DNA of 64,000 nt from a virus, in IMG/VR virus record IMGVR_UViG_3300050821_007134, positions 64,001 to 128,000 of that record. The stretch is one strand, 5' to 3'. Below the pieces are notes generated by a model. It saw only the letters and a program-made list of their open reading frames with translations, searched no databases and was not told the origin of the DNA. This document shows, piece after piece, positions 19,675 through 27,914 of the stretch (positions are counted from its first letter, which is position 1; the number at the start of each line of letters is the position of its first letter). Both the position numbers and the translations under genes were made by a program.

Positions 19675-20601
19675 TTATTCGCCTTCTGTAATTGTGGACA
19701 TATCCACTGGTATCACGGGGTTAGCTGGGTCAATGGATTCAGTGGGCGCTTCCACGACTCTTCCAGGTGTCTTCGATTTGAGCTGATTGACTTGGTCACC
19801 CTTATTTTGATTGTGATAGATGTATTCCCGGACGATCTCAGCGTAGTAGGGCATTCTTTCGGGACTTCTGACGCCATTAGTCGTAACATTGGTGATTCGG
19901 ATTTCTTTGGGGAGGCTGACCACATACCAAAAAGCATTGTAGAGATATCTGATTGAATATATTCGGCCTTTTCCGGTATCTGGATCAATTCCTGGATTTT
20001 TTCCGCCTTTTTCCCAGCGAATGCTGCCTTCACTTGTGAGGCAAAAATCAACACCGAGTTTGTATTCAATATTACGGCTGTCGATTAAAAACTCAATACT
20101 TACAATAGGATACATCGGAATATTGTCCGCATCAGGGGTGTAATCCATTTTATGATATGTGGCTACTTTGGTGTCTGCCTTTGGATCGGCAACATAAAGT
20201 CTATCACCAGGGGCCAAATAAATTCTATCACCATTCGACATGTCGGGGGTTCCCGGAGCATTATAGAACCTAGGCAGGACCAAACGGCCAACGGCCACGT
20301 CTACGAACCCGCCATCACTTTTCTTCTTGTCTCGTTTGTCATCTGTCATGGTGGCCGAGAAAACTCCGCCACATTTGTAAATAAAGCCGTTTGAGGTAAT
20401 TGTGTCGACTCCGTCGCTTCTGCGGTAGTCACCCTTGTCTTTTTGACCAATAGGGCTAGGAATTGCCTTGTAATGGTTGAAATCAACGGCGAAGCTTGTG
20501 ACAAAAGCATCCTGTTTGGCCAGATCTAAAGAATGCTGGACGAAGGGACTTTCGCGTTGAATATCATCGACTTGTATGCCGACGGGTTTACGATCTGACA
20601 T
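19675..20601 (-). CDS. putative neck/head-completion protein
   Basis: position between adaptor and tail genes; resembles SPO1/Twort-type structural proteins (YSIRY motif). Confidence 0.5.
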   Translation of the reverse strand: MSDRKPVGIQVDDIQRESPFVQHSLDLAKQDAFVTSFAVDFNHYKAIPSPIGQKDKGDYRRSDGVDTITSNGFIYKCGGVFSATMTDDKRDKKKSDGGFVDVAVGRLVLPRFYNAPGTPDMSNGDRIYLAPGDRLYVADPKADTKVATYHKMDYTPDADNIPMYPIVSIEFLIDSRNIEYKLGVDFCLTSEGSIRWEKGGKNPGIDPDTGKGRIYSIRYLYNAFWYVVSLPKEIRITNVTTNGVRSPERMPYYAEIVREYIYHNQNKGDQVNQLKSKTPGRVVEAPTESIDPANPVIPVDMSTITEGE

Positions 20602-20959
20602 TATTACATCCTGCTATGCTGCACATTTCGGCTATTTCTTCTAATTTCTTGTCTGTGTTAGAAAATGAATTAACCAGAGATTTTATCACTTCATTAAGTT
20701 CTAAATCTTTGGAGTACATTTTCATTTTATTTTTTACCTTTGCACCCATTATGCTACTGTTATGATTGACCTTTATATTGAATGTTCGGCTGATTCCAGT
20801 TTGGCAAAATCGTTCGATCTCATCCAAAAATTTCTCCAAGGAGGGATCGTTTGGCTCATAGTCTACTACGATCTGTTTTGAGCCCCTTATCTGTTCTTCC
20901 AGTGGCTTATTTATATCGTATTTGATTTCGTCTTCAGCTCGAATAATCTTTATACACAT
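20588..20959 (-). CDS. hypothetical protein (probable start MCIKII at 20959)
   Basis: in-frame ATG abutting the upstream stop; the longer ORF-track start overlaps the upstream gene. Confidence 0.55.
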   Translation of the reverse strand: MCIKIIRAEDEIKYDINKPLEEQIRGSKQIVVDYEPNDPSLEKFLDEIERFCQTGISRTFNIKVNHNSSIMGAKVKNKMKMYSKDLELNEVIKSLVNSFSNTDKKLEEIAEMCSIAGCNNVRS

Positions 20960-20960
20960 C

Positions 20961-21482
20961 TTATTTACCCGTAATTTTAACCTTTGACGCATTGCAAGAC
21001 ATTGCCTTCTCGGCAGTTGCCCCGGCCAGTGCCCGGCGGAATTCTTGCGGTGCAGTAACACCATCAATAACAATTGAATCTCTCTCGAAATGGCTCATTA
21101 CAGAGGCCACCTTAGCGTTATTTTTGGTAATGTGAAATTCCACCATGCTACCATTTTGGATAGAATAAATACCATGACCAGACTTCCTAAGATCCTCGCT
21201 CAACCAATGAGAATGTTCATCGACGATGGAAGAATCAGTCATTCCCTCGCTTTTCATCAAAGCTGGCTGAAAGTCTGGGTATTGTTTTCCAAGGTTGAAC
21301 TTTACAACAGCTGGATGACTCCCTGCGGCTAAAGCTTCTTCCCTGTATTTGCCTTTTGGTTTACCAATGGCAATCCAGAAACCTCCGCGAGTGCGGATCA
21401 TTTTAACTGGATGTTTGTCGAGCATACCAGCATCTTCTATATGTTCAATTTCTTTTTCAGTGAGAATTGGCTTGTCGCTCAT
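20961..21482 (-). CDS. putative internal head protein
   Basis: coupled ORF; LMKSE, LRKSG motifs. Confidence 0.5.
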   Translation of the reverse strand: MSDKPILTEKEIEHIEDAGMLDKHPVKMIRTRGGFWIAIGKPKGKYREEALAAGSHPAVVKFNLGKQYPDFQPALMKSEGMTDSSIVDEHSHWLSEDLRKSGHGIYSIQNGSMVEFHITKNNAKVASVMSHFERDSIVIDGVTAPQEFRRALAGATAEKAMSCNASKVKITGK

Positions 21483-23005
21483 TTCTTAACTCCTTGATTA
21501 TAGGCATTATTTATTTTTATTACATGCCAGTGTTTACTAATGTCTTGTTTGTCGTGTTGGGCCTTATAAGTACCGCGAATTCCTTCTAACCATGCATATC
21601 CTATTTTCTGCGGATCGTTGCCAAAATGTTTTTCAAGTCTTTTCAAATGCTGCTTAGCAATAGTGTCTTCTAGGCCTGGATTGTCTCTCATGAAGTTTTG
21701 CAATTGGGGACCGCGAAGGATAGTGGCTTTTTGATATTTGTGCTTTAGTTCTGGATGAAGGCTTATTGTTTCTCGTATGATATTTGGCGTTAAAGCATAC
21801 TTACCGTATGCTTGTTCGCCAGAATGTAATCTCTTGTGATGTGTGTTCTTGCCGCCGCTACTTTCGACAGAAGCGATAGTTCTAAGCATGTGTTCTGGAC
21901 TGTAAGTGGGAGCCTTGAATGCCGGGGCTTGCATAACCTTTGGAGCCGCGTCTACACTTTGGGGAGCGGCGGGCTGACCAATTAAAGAAGAAGCGGCGAT
22001 CATTGCGCCTGCGGCTTTAGTCTTAAAGCTTTTTTCCATGTCTTCTGTAAATTCATATATGGTATTCCCGGCGCCTTTTTCAACACTAAGGTTATCGAAA
22101 TGGACTTCATCCGGAGATAGACCCTCCTTCTTTATTTGGTCATAAAGAGGCTTGTCGATTGTAACGTGTGTGAAATATTCTTTATATTGCACTCCGTCAA
22201 TAGTGTCATAGAATTTTTTGTATTCTGGAGGGCATCCGTCAATCATGAGCATGAAATAATCGGCATCGCTATAATCAGAATGATGAATTTTGGTATGGAA
22301 TCTTAAAGCATGAGGATCTGGTTTTGTAATTCCAAGTCGTTTGACTTTGGCTTTGATATCTTCGATATCCATCTTTTGTTTTTCGTCAAAAACCTTAAGA
22401 GACATATGAAGAGGAATATCATCCGTTAAGAATTTACGACCTTTGATGGTTACTTTGAAAAGTACATCTCCGCCAGATTTTGCTTTCTTTCGATATTCAT
22501 TGCAAACACCAGTTCCGATTTTTTCTCTTTTAGCAATATCGGGCTCGATAAGTTGATTGTTAATAGTCTGTTCGGGAGATCTCTGTACTCCACTTTGACC
22601 TTCGCCTTCAGCACCAGGATTTGATCGCATATCGCGATCTCCAGTTTCAACCTTTAGTACTTTGATGCCATAGGCAGCGAGTTCTTTAGCCCATTTGTCC
22701 TGCTCTTCTTTATGGCAAACTACGTAGGCAGAATCAATAAATTCCCTACTTTTTTGAATGATGACATGATCTGGGTATTTCATTGCAAAAAGTTCAACGG
22801 CTCCAGGAGGACTGGACGATTGATCTAAAATGATTTTACAATCAGATGGAATTTCCATGACAGGATTGTAAGTATCATTGTTTATGACAGTATCTCCGGC
22901 GCTACCACTAGGAGCAGACCCCGACTCAACGATATCGCTAAGTTCTTGAATAGAATCTTCCAATGTGCGTCTCATATGTTTATGCAGCATGATGCCACTT
23001 CCCAT
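21479..23005 (-). CDS. multidomain virion protein: 2H phosphoesterase (Acb1-like) plus C-terminal lytic transglycosylase/lysozyme-like domain
   Basis: LHMSL and THVTI motifs 80 aa apart; IASVESSGG...AYGKYAL...AW..G. Confidence 0.65.
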   Translation of the reverse strand: MGSGIMLHKHMRRTLEDSIQELSDIVESGSAPSGSAGDTVINNDTYNPVMEIPSDCKIILDQSSSPPGAVELFAMKYPDHVIIQKSREFIDSAYVVCHKEEQDKWAKELAAYGIKVLKVETGDRDMRSNPGAEGEGQSGVQRSPEQTINNQLIEPDIAKREKIGTGVCNEYRKKAKSGGDVLFKVTIKGRKFLTDDIPLHMSLKVFDEKQKMDIEDIKAKVKRLGITKPDPHALRFHTKIHHSDYSDADYFMLMIDGCPPEYKKFYDTIDGVQYKEYFTHVTIDKPLYDQIKKEGLSPDEVHFDNLSVEKGAGNTIYEFTEDMEKSFKTKAAGAMIAASSLIGQPAAPQSVDAAPKVMQAPAFKAPTYSPEHMLRTIASVESSGGKNTHHKRLHSGEQAYGKYALTPNIIRETISLHPELKHKYQKATILRGPQLQNFMRDNPGLEDTIAKQHLKRLEKHFGNDPQKIGYAWLEGIRGTYKAQHDKQDISKHWHVIKINNAYNQGVKK

Positions 23006-24200
23006 GTACTATGTTTTCGGGCAGTAGACCAGCTTTTTGATCTGCGTAAACTGTCTTTTGAGGATTTTTTCTATTTTCTTCGCCATGTTTGCCAAAATTG
23101 ACGGTATTATTTTGTCCCATCGTTTCTGTGGCGAGTGCCTTTTGTGCTTCAGGAGAATACATTTGTTTGTGAGTTAAGAATGCAGAATGTTCACCCTTAG
23201 GACCAAAAGTATGTCCTTCTTTGGCATGACCAAAATAATCGTGTACTATTCTGAATACGTCATTGGCAAGTAGTGGGCTGCCTTCATGGAGAATCTTTGT
23301 AGGTGTCAATAGAGGATGATCCTTCGGAGCACTTCCTTCAGAACCAAATCCACCTTCTGTTGGGAAAAACCAGAGATGATTGTTATTATGGATATCGTGC
23401 ATTACGTCTTTTGAATTTTTATAAGGGTTGGCCATTCCCGGTTTGATCTTTGAAATCTTCAATCCACTATTCTTAATATGGTTGAACTGATCCATAGTTT
23501 CATTGATCAGGGCGCCATATGCTTTCTGAACAGCTGGGTCTCCGGGACTGTGCTTCATTCCTTCATATGAACTAGCTATTTGTTTACCGTGTTCTGGATT
23601 AACATTGACAGCTGGTGTAGGAGATAGTTTTATCCCTTTACTTTTGGCATAACTCTCCGCAACTTGTTTTACTTTATTGTCAGGTTTCAGACCAATACTA
23701 GGAGTAGGTTGAGCAGCAGATTGAATTGGTTTTTCTTCGGCCTTTTTCATATCTTCATTGAAGTTATGAGTAAATCGTCCGGCGCCACCAGGAAGAGTTG
23801 TATAAAAATCTTTTGGCTGTTGAGCATGCCAGGTAGTTCCTTGTCCCATTACTTTCTGCCCAGCTTTTTCTCCATGATGATAACGCATTTCATGTTTCTT
23901 TCCAGTAGAATAAATGGAACTCTCTTGACCCAGATTAGCGGCTAATGAATGAAGTTGTTCGGCTTGTTGGGGAGAAATTTTGTAAATGATTATTGATTTT
24001 TCTGGTTTTCCATAATGACCCATAACTTCATGGGCGTCGTACTGAGCACCCTTAAGATGTTTCAAAACAGCTGCATGATCTAGATTTAACTTGTTTTGTT
24101 CTGGGTATATTGGATTGTCAGCGGACATAAGGAAATGCGGTCCGGAAATGCTTTTCCGGTGATCTTTCATCGCATTTAATATGCCTCTATCAACGCCCAT
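22980..24200 (-). CDS. two-domain virion protein: SAM-lyase/DUF3293-like N-domain plus HDxxGH domain
   Basis: MSADNP...GHYGKPEKSII...LGQESSIY; NDVFRIVHDYFGH...GE...ETMGQN; MKKAE linker. Confidence 0.55.
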   Translation of the reverse strand: MGVDRGILNAMKDHRKSISGPHFLMSADNPIYPEQNKLNLDHAAVLKHLKGAQYDAHEVMGHYGKPEKSIIIYKISPQQAEQLHSLAANLGQESSIYSTGKKHEMRYHHGEKAGQKVMGQGTTWHAQQPKDFYTTLPGGAGRFTHNFNEDMKKAEEKPIQSAAQPTPSIGLKPDNKVKQVAESYAKSKGIKLSPTPAVNVNPEHGKQIASSYEGMKHSPGDPAVQKAYGALINETMDQFNHIKNSGLKISKIKPGMANPYKNSKDVMHDIHNNNHLWFFPTEGGFGSEGSAPKDHPLLTPTKILHEGSPLLANDVFRIVHDYFGHAKEGHTFGPKGEHSAFLTHKQMYSPEAQKALATETMGQNNTVNFGKHGEENRKNPQKTVYADQKAGLLPENIVHGKWHHAA

Positions 24201-24208
24201 TTTACACC

Positions 24209-25039
24209 TTAGAAGTTATCTATGAAATATTTTGAACTAAAGATCCCGCGAAGCTTTCTAACAAGCTCATCTCTTTGGGCCATTAATTCTTCTATTCTCA
24301 GCTGATAAATTCTAGGGCCGGGGCCACTAGAAGATTGAGAAATACCATCCTGAGACAAGCTTTGAGAAGTATGAATGAACAATGGAGCAAGCATACTCAA
24401 GATATGGATCGCAGTAATAACACCAACCAATTCGTTTACTGGAACGGGAACAAGGCCTTCTTTATTTGAAAGACCAGCCGTGTATTTAATTTGCCAGTAA
24501 GCGGGAACCCAGTTGAGTCCGTCTATGACAGTCAAAAAGGCGATACCGGCGTTACCGACAGCACCTTGGACAGAATTGACTCCATAGGCGGCCAACAGTG
24601 GAATGACGTTGATCAAATTTTTGGAAAAATTCGCAGCTTCAATCCACGTAGGGGGGATTTCGAAAATTAAATTATTGTCTGAACTTACAATTGCAAGATG
24701 TTCCAAACTTACAATTGGTCCGTGTTCCGCTCGGAGATGGATGTAAGTTTTGTACAAATTGTAATCAAATGGCAATTTTTCCTTAAAGGCTTCCCTGGTA
24801 ATTGTTCGGCCTAAAAGTAATTCAGCGTCGTTCATGGCGACCATTATATAGTCTTTCATCTCATCATCGGTAATAAAATCGCCATTTTGCATTCGAAGGG
24901 GGATTCCCTTCAACCAACGAGAAATAACCTGCTGTGGCTGCAATAGGGGCTCACAGCGCCTAAGTAGGCCAGAGGTTTGACTGGCATGTACGGGGTACAT
25001 TGCCGTTTCATATGTTTTTGTTAAGGTATAATCTCCCAT
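24209..25039 (-). CDS. putative head-tail adaptor
   Basis: YTAGL, SQSLSQDGISQS pattern; position downstream of capsid. Confidence 0.6.
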   Translation of the reverse strand: MGDYTLTKTYETAMYPVHASQTSGLLRRCEPLLQPQQVISRWLKGIPLRMQNGDFITDDEMKDYIMVAMNDAELLLGRTITREAFKEKLPFDYNLYKTYIHLRAEHGPIVSLEHLAIVSSDNNLIFEIPPTWIEAANFSKNLINVIPLLAAYGVNSVQGAVGNAGIAFLTVIDGLNWVPAYWQIKYTAGLSNKEGLVPVPVNELVGVITAIHILSMLAPLFIHTSQSLSQDGISQSSSGPGPRIYQLRIEELMAQRDELVRKLRGIFSSKYFIDNF

Positions 25040-25513
25040 TTAGCAGCTCCCGTCATTCATGGGCTCGACGGAAATCATGTTTAAAACGCTAAAACGTCTT
25101 ATATTGCTTCCCTCGAATACTGCAAACTGGACATTTCCTGAATTCGGTGTTTTACTGGGAGGAATGGTGACTTTCCAGATCGACGCGTCATTTGGATCGG
25201 CCTGTACAGCGGTTAAATTGATCACCTGAGCGTCATCTATGGACGGGAAGGTGACCTGGATGGAGGCTGGCTGATTACCGCCGCCAACGCCTACCATGTA
25301 ACGTAGACCTATTACGCTGGCCTGGGCCGGGGGAACGTTGAAAAATCCGCCAATAAGGGCTGCGCCGGAGATGTTAGCTAAAGTGACTTGATCTAGATCA
25401 ACTATTTGAAAATACAGGGTATTTGGGTCTCCAGCTCGAACCGCCCACTGAGCAGCGTAGGAAAACTGGTTTACAGTCGCGAAATTTGTGATTACTCGTG
25501 CGGAAAGTCTCAT
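25040..25513 (-). CDS. putative virion structural protein
   Basis: late motif upstream at 25549; beta-rich. Confidence 0.5.
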   Translation of the reverse strand: MRLSARVITNFATVNQFSYAAQWAVRAGDPNTLYFQIVDLDQVTLANISGAALIGGFFNVPPAQASVIGLRYMVGVGGGNQPASIQVTFPSIDDAQVINLTAVQADPNDASIWKVTIPPSKTPNSGNVQFAVFEGSNIRRFSVLNMISVEPMNDGSC

Positions 25514-25626
25514 TGCAATTTACTCCAATTTGAGGTATATCTTTCACTTAAGATTGGCACGAAAACATTTGGGAAAGCGGAATAGGCTGTTTTTCCAAGC
25601 ATTTACACATATTTAAGGAGAAAAAC

Positions 25627-26256
25627 ATGTCAGCAAAAGTCATTGAATTCGAAGGGATCGACGGCTCGGGAAAGACCACGGCCTATAACTACTTCATTCA
25701 GACATTAAGAGATCAAGGTAAGAGAGTTTTGGACACCCGAGAAGTGGGAAATCCCCATATTCCCGTCTGTGTCGCTCTAAGAAAATTAGTTCTTGATCCC
25801 TCAAGTAAAATGGATGGAATGTCCATGGAATTCGTGTTTGCTGCTATGCGTATCGAAAATCAAAGAATGTATCGCGCTGTCGAAAATGACTATGATTACA
25901 TCGTAAGCGATCGAGGTCTTCTTTCTCACTTGGCTTACACAGACCACAATGTGACTTCAGTTTTTACAGACATGTTTTATCGTGGCCTTGTGATGCAATA
26001 CACACAAAATCCTGATCAAGTCATATTTTTGGAAATTGATCCAGAAACAGCTCTTAAACGTAGAAATTTGCGAAATGGTTTTGTCGACGCCATTGAAGCA
26101 AAAGGACCTGAATTTCAACGAAAGGTTTATTCCAGTTTTACAAAATACATCCATGAATTAGCAGAAAATACCGGTCTAAGTTACACGATGATTGATGCCA
26201 ATGTTAGTATCGAAGAAGTTCAAGCTCAATTGGACAGAGTAATTTCCGAATTATAA
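25627..26256 (+). CDS. tmk: thymidylate (dTMP) kinase
   Basis: IEFEGIDGSGKTT P-loop, TRE, SDR motif, lid region. Confidence 0.9.
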   Translation: MSAKVIEFEGIDGSGKTTAYNYFIQTLRDQGKRVLDTREVGNPHIPVCVALRKLVLDPSSKMDGMSMEFVFAAMRIENQRMYRAVENDYDYIVSDRGLLSHLAYTDHNVTSVFTDMFYRGLVMQYTQNPDQVIFLEIDPETALKRRNLRNGFVDAIEAKGPEFQRKVYSSFTKYIHELAENTGLSYTMIDANVSIEEVQAQLDRVISEL

Positions 26257-26290
26257 AAATAAAAAGGCCCTAGGGCGAAACCCTAGGGCC
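26255..26290 (-). terminator. intrinsic terminator
   Basis: GGCCCTAGGG-loop-CCCTAGGGCC followed by T-tract on the minus strand, between convergent genes. Confidence 0.8.
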
Positions 26291-26338
26291 AACGAGACAG
26301 TAGACGGTTGACGAAGACCGTCTTCGGGAGGAACTTAA

Positions 26339-27307
26339 TTAGGGGCCAGTGTTGCCGCTGATTAATGTAACTGCGGTCTGAGCATAGAGAGATCCGTGAA
26401 CCGTACATGTCGCTTGAACTGCGATTGATGTTTGATCCAAGATAACGCCTCTGAATATTGAACTTGTTTTCAGAGTGGTTGCGCCTGCAACTGCCCATGT
26501 AACGTTTTGTGGCAAGATTCCACCAGTCAAATGAATTTGAACACCAGTTTCTAAATTGAGAGTACCGGCAATTTGAAGGATGATTGAATCTGCGGGTCCG
26601 CCATTGATAGTGATATCACCAGTGACATCGACTGCTGTGGACCATTTGTAAATCCCAGGAGTTAAAGTTTGACCGTTAAGAGTACCTGCGCCTAAGTTAA
26701 CAACCGGAGCTGGGCTTGTTTGTGCTTGAGCAAAAGTGTAAGCAGCTTGCATTGCACTAACAGCTGCCGTTAAGTTTGCAGGAGTTGGAGCTGCGTTATC
26801 GGAAGCATCCACGTTTCCAGAAACTTCAACAGCACTTCCATGTGGGCCAGCGAGATTTGGAGTGTATGTGAAACCAGTGATTGCAGTATGTGAAATTGGA
26901 CTTACTGCAATGTTACCTGTAACTGTTGCGCCGGATGCATTGCTGATTCCAGATTCAGCTAACATTCTGTAATTTGAAGCAGAACCTAAGTTTACCAAAG
27001 CTGGGCCACGATGAACAGGAATTGCGCAATGAGCATTGATGCTTGCAACGACGGCTTCCATAACATCATCACTTGCGAACCCATCTTCCATTACTGCTTG
27101 GTCATGCAGAGAAAGAGATCTTTGACATAACATAGCAGCTTGAATATTTTGGGCTACGGTTTTGCTGCCCATGGCGTCTGTCAATCTAATGAAAGTTTTT
27201 GGTGAGAGAATTGCGCCAGCATCGATTGCTGCACAAAATTCTTTACCGGCTTTTACGTCTGCCAGTGCGACAATGACGTTGGGAATAAATTTACTCGGGA
27301 ATGCCAT
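26339..27307 (-). CDS. DUF3494 ice-binding-like protein with ~100-aa N-terminal domain (possible capsid decoration)
   Basis: VNLGSASNYRMLA...GNIAVSP...AMQAAY...GQTLTPGIYKW...NVTWAVAG...FRGVIL...LYAQTAVTL. Confidence 0.85.
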   Translation of the reverse strand: MAFPSKFIPNVIVALADVKAGKEFCAAIDAGAILSPKTFIRLTDAMGSKTVAQNIQAAMLCQRSLSLHDQAVMEDGFASDDVMEAVVASINAHCAIPVHRGPALVNLGSASNYRMLAESGISNASGATVTGNIAVSPISHTAITGFTYTPNLAGPHGSAVEVSGNVDASDNAAPTPANLTAAVSAMQAAYTFAQAQTSPAPVVNLGAGTLNGQTLTPGIYKWSTAVDVTGDITINGGPADSIILQIAGTLNLETGVQIHLTGGILPQNVTWAVAGATTLKTSSIFRGVILDQTSIAVQATCTVHGSLYAQTAVTLISGNTGP

Positions 27308-27373
27308 AAAATCTCCTTAATAGTTTTTTGCGCTTTAGATGCGCTTATACATATTAAAGATTAGTATTCGTGC

Positions 27374-27652
27374 TTAGTCAGCTTTTCGGATGATAGAAGA
27401 TAGGGTACAACCGTCGGGAGAATCGCCCTTTTTCCAGGCTCTAAAGTTCTTATAATGGTTTTTACACCAGCAATATTCGTATTCTGACAATTTTGGGGGT
27501 GAACCGTAATTTTTTCTATCTTTGAGATCCATCTCACGTAACCACTTGGTACTACTGGCGATTTCTTCTTCGGCCCATGCGCGAGGGACGGCAACATATA
27601 CAGTTCCGCATTTTTTGCAAGTTACTTGTTTGAAAGAATTCGGAAAGCCCAT
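27374..27652 (-). CDS. small Cys-rich (Zn-binding) protein
   Basis: CKKC...CWC. Confidence 0.5.
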   Translation of the reverse strand: MGFPNSFKQVTCKKCGTVYVAVPRAWAEEEIASSTKWLREMDLKDRKNYGSPPKLSEYEYCWCKNHYKNFRAWKKGDSPDGCTLSSIIRKAD

Positions 27653-27785
27653 TGTTTCTACCTACATAGAAAGTTATACTGAGTTTAACCCAGTTTATCG
27701 ATTATCCCTAACATTCTGGAAATAATATAGCACACAAATAAGATTAAACATATCAATTTGATAAGATTAAACTTATTTTGGGCAA

Positions 27786-27817
27786 GAAAAAGGCCACGTC
27801 TTTCGACGCAGCCTCTT
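27786..27817 (-). terminator. intrinsic terminator after major capsid gene
   Basis: minus strand AGGCTGCGTC-GAAA-GACGTGGCCT-TTTT. Confidence 0.8.
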
Positions 27818-27914
27818 CCTTTCGGCTTGCTCCACCAGGGCGGACAACAAATCCCCAGATATTGCTACCTGGGATCTGTTATCTACCCCTTAGGGGCAGG
27901 CTAACTTTTAATTC

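Noticed and set aside
27815-27845. Hammerhead ribozyme after the capsid gene
   Set aside because: CTGGTGGA deviates from the CUGAUGA core and the required stems are absent
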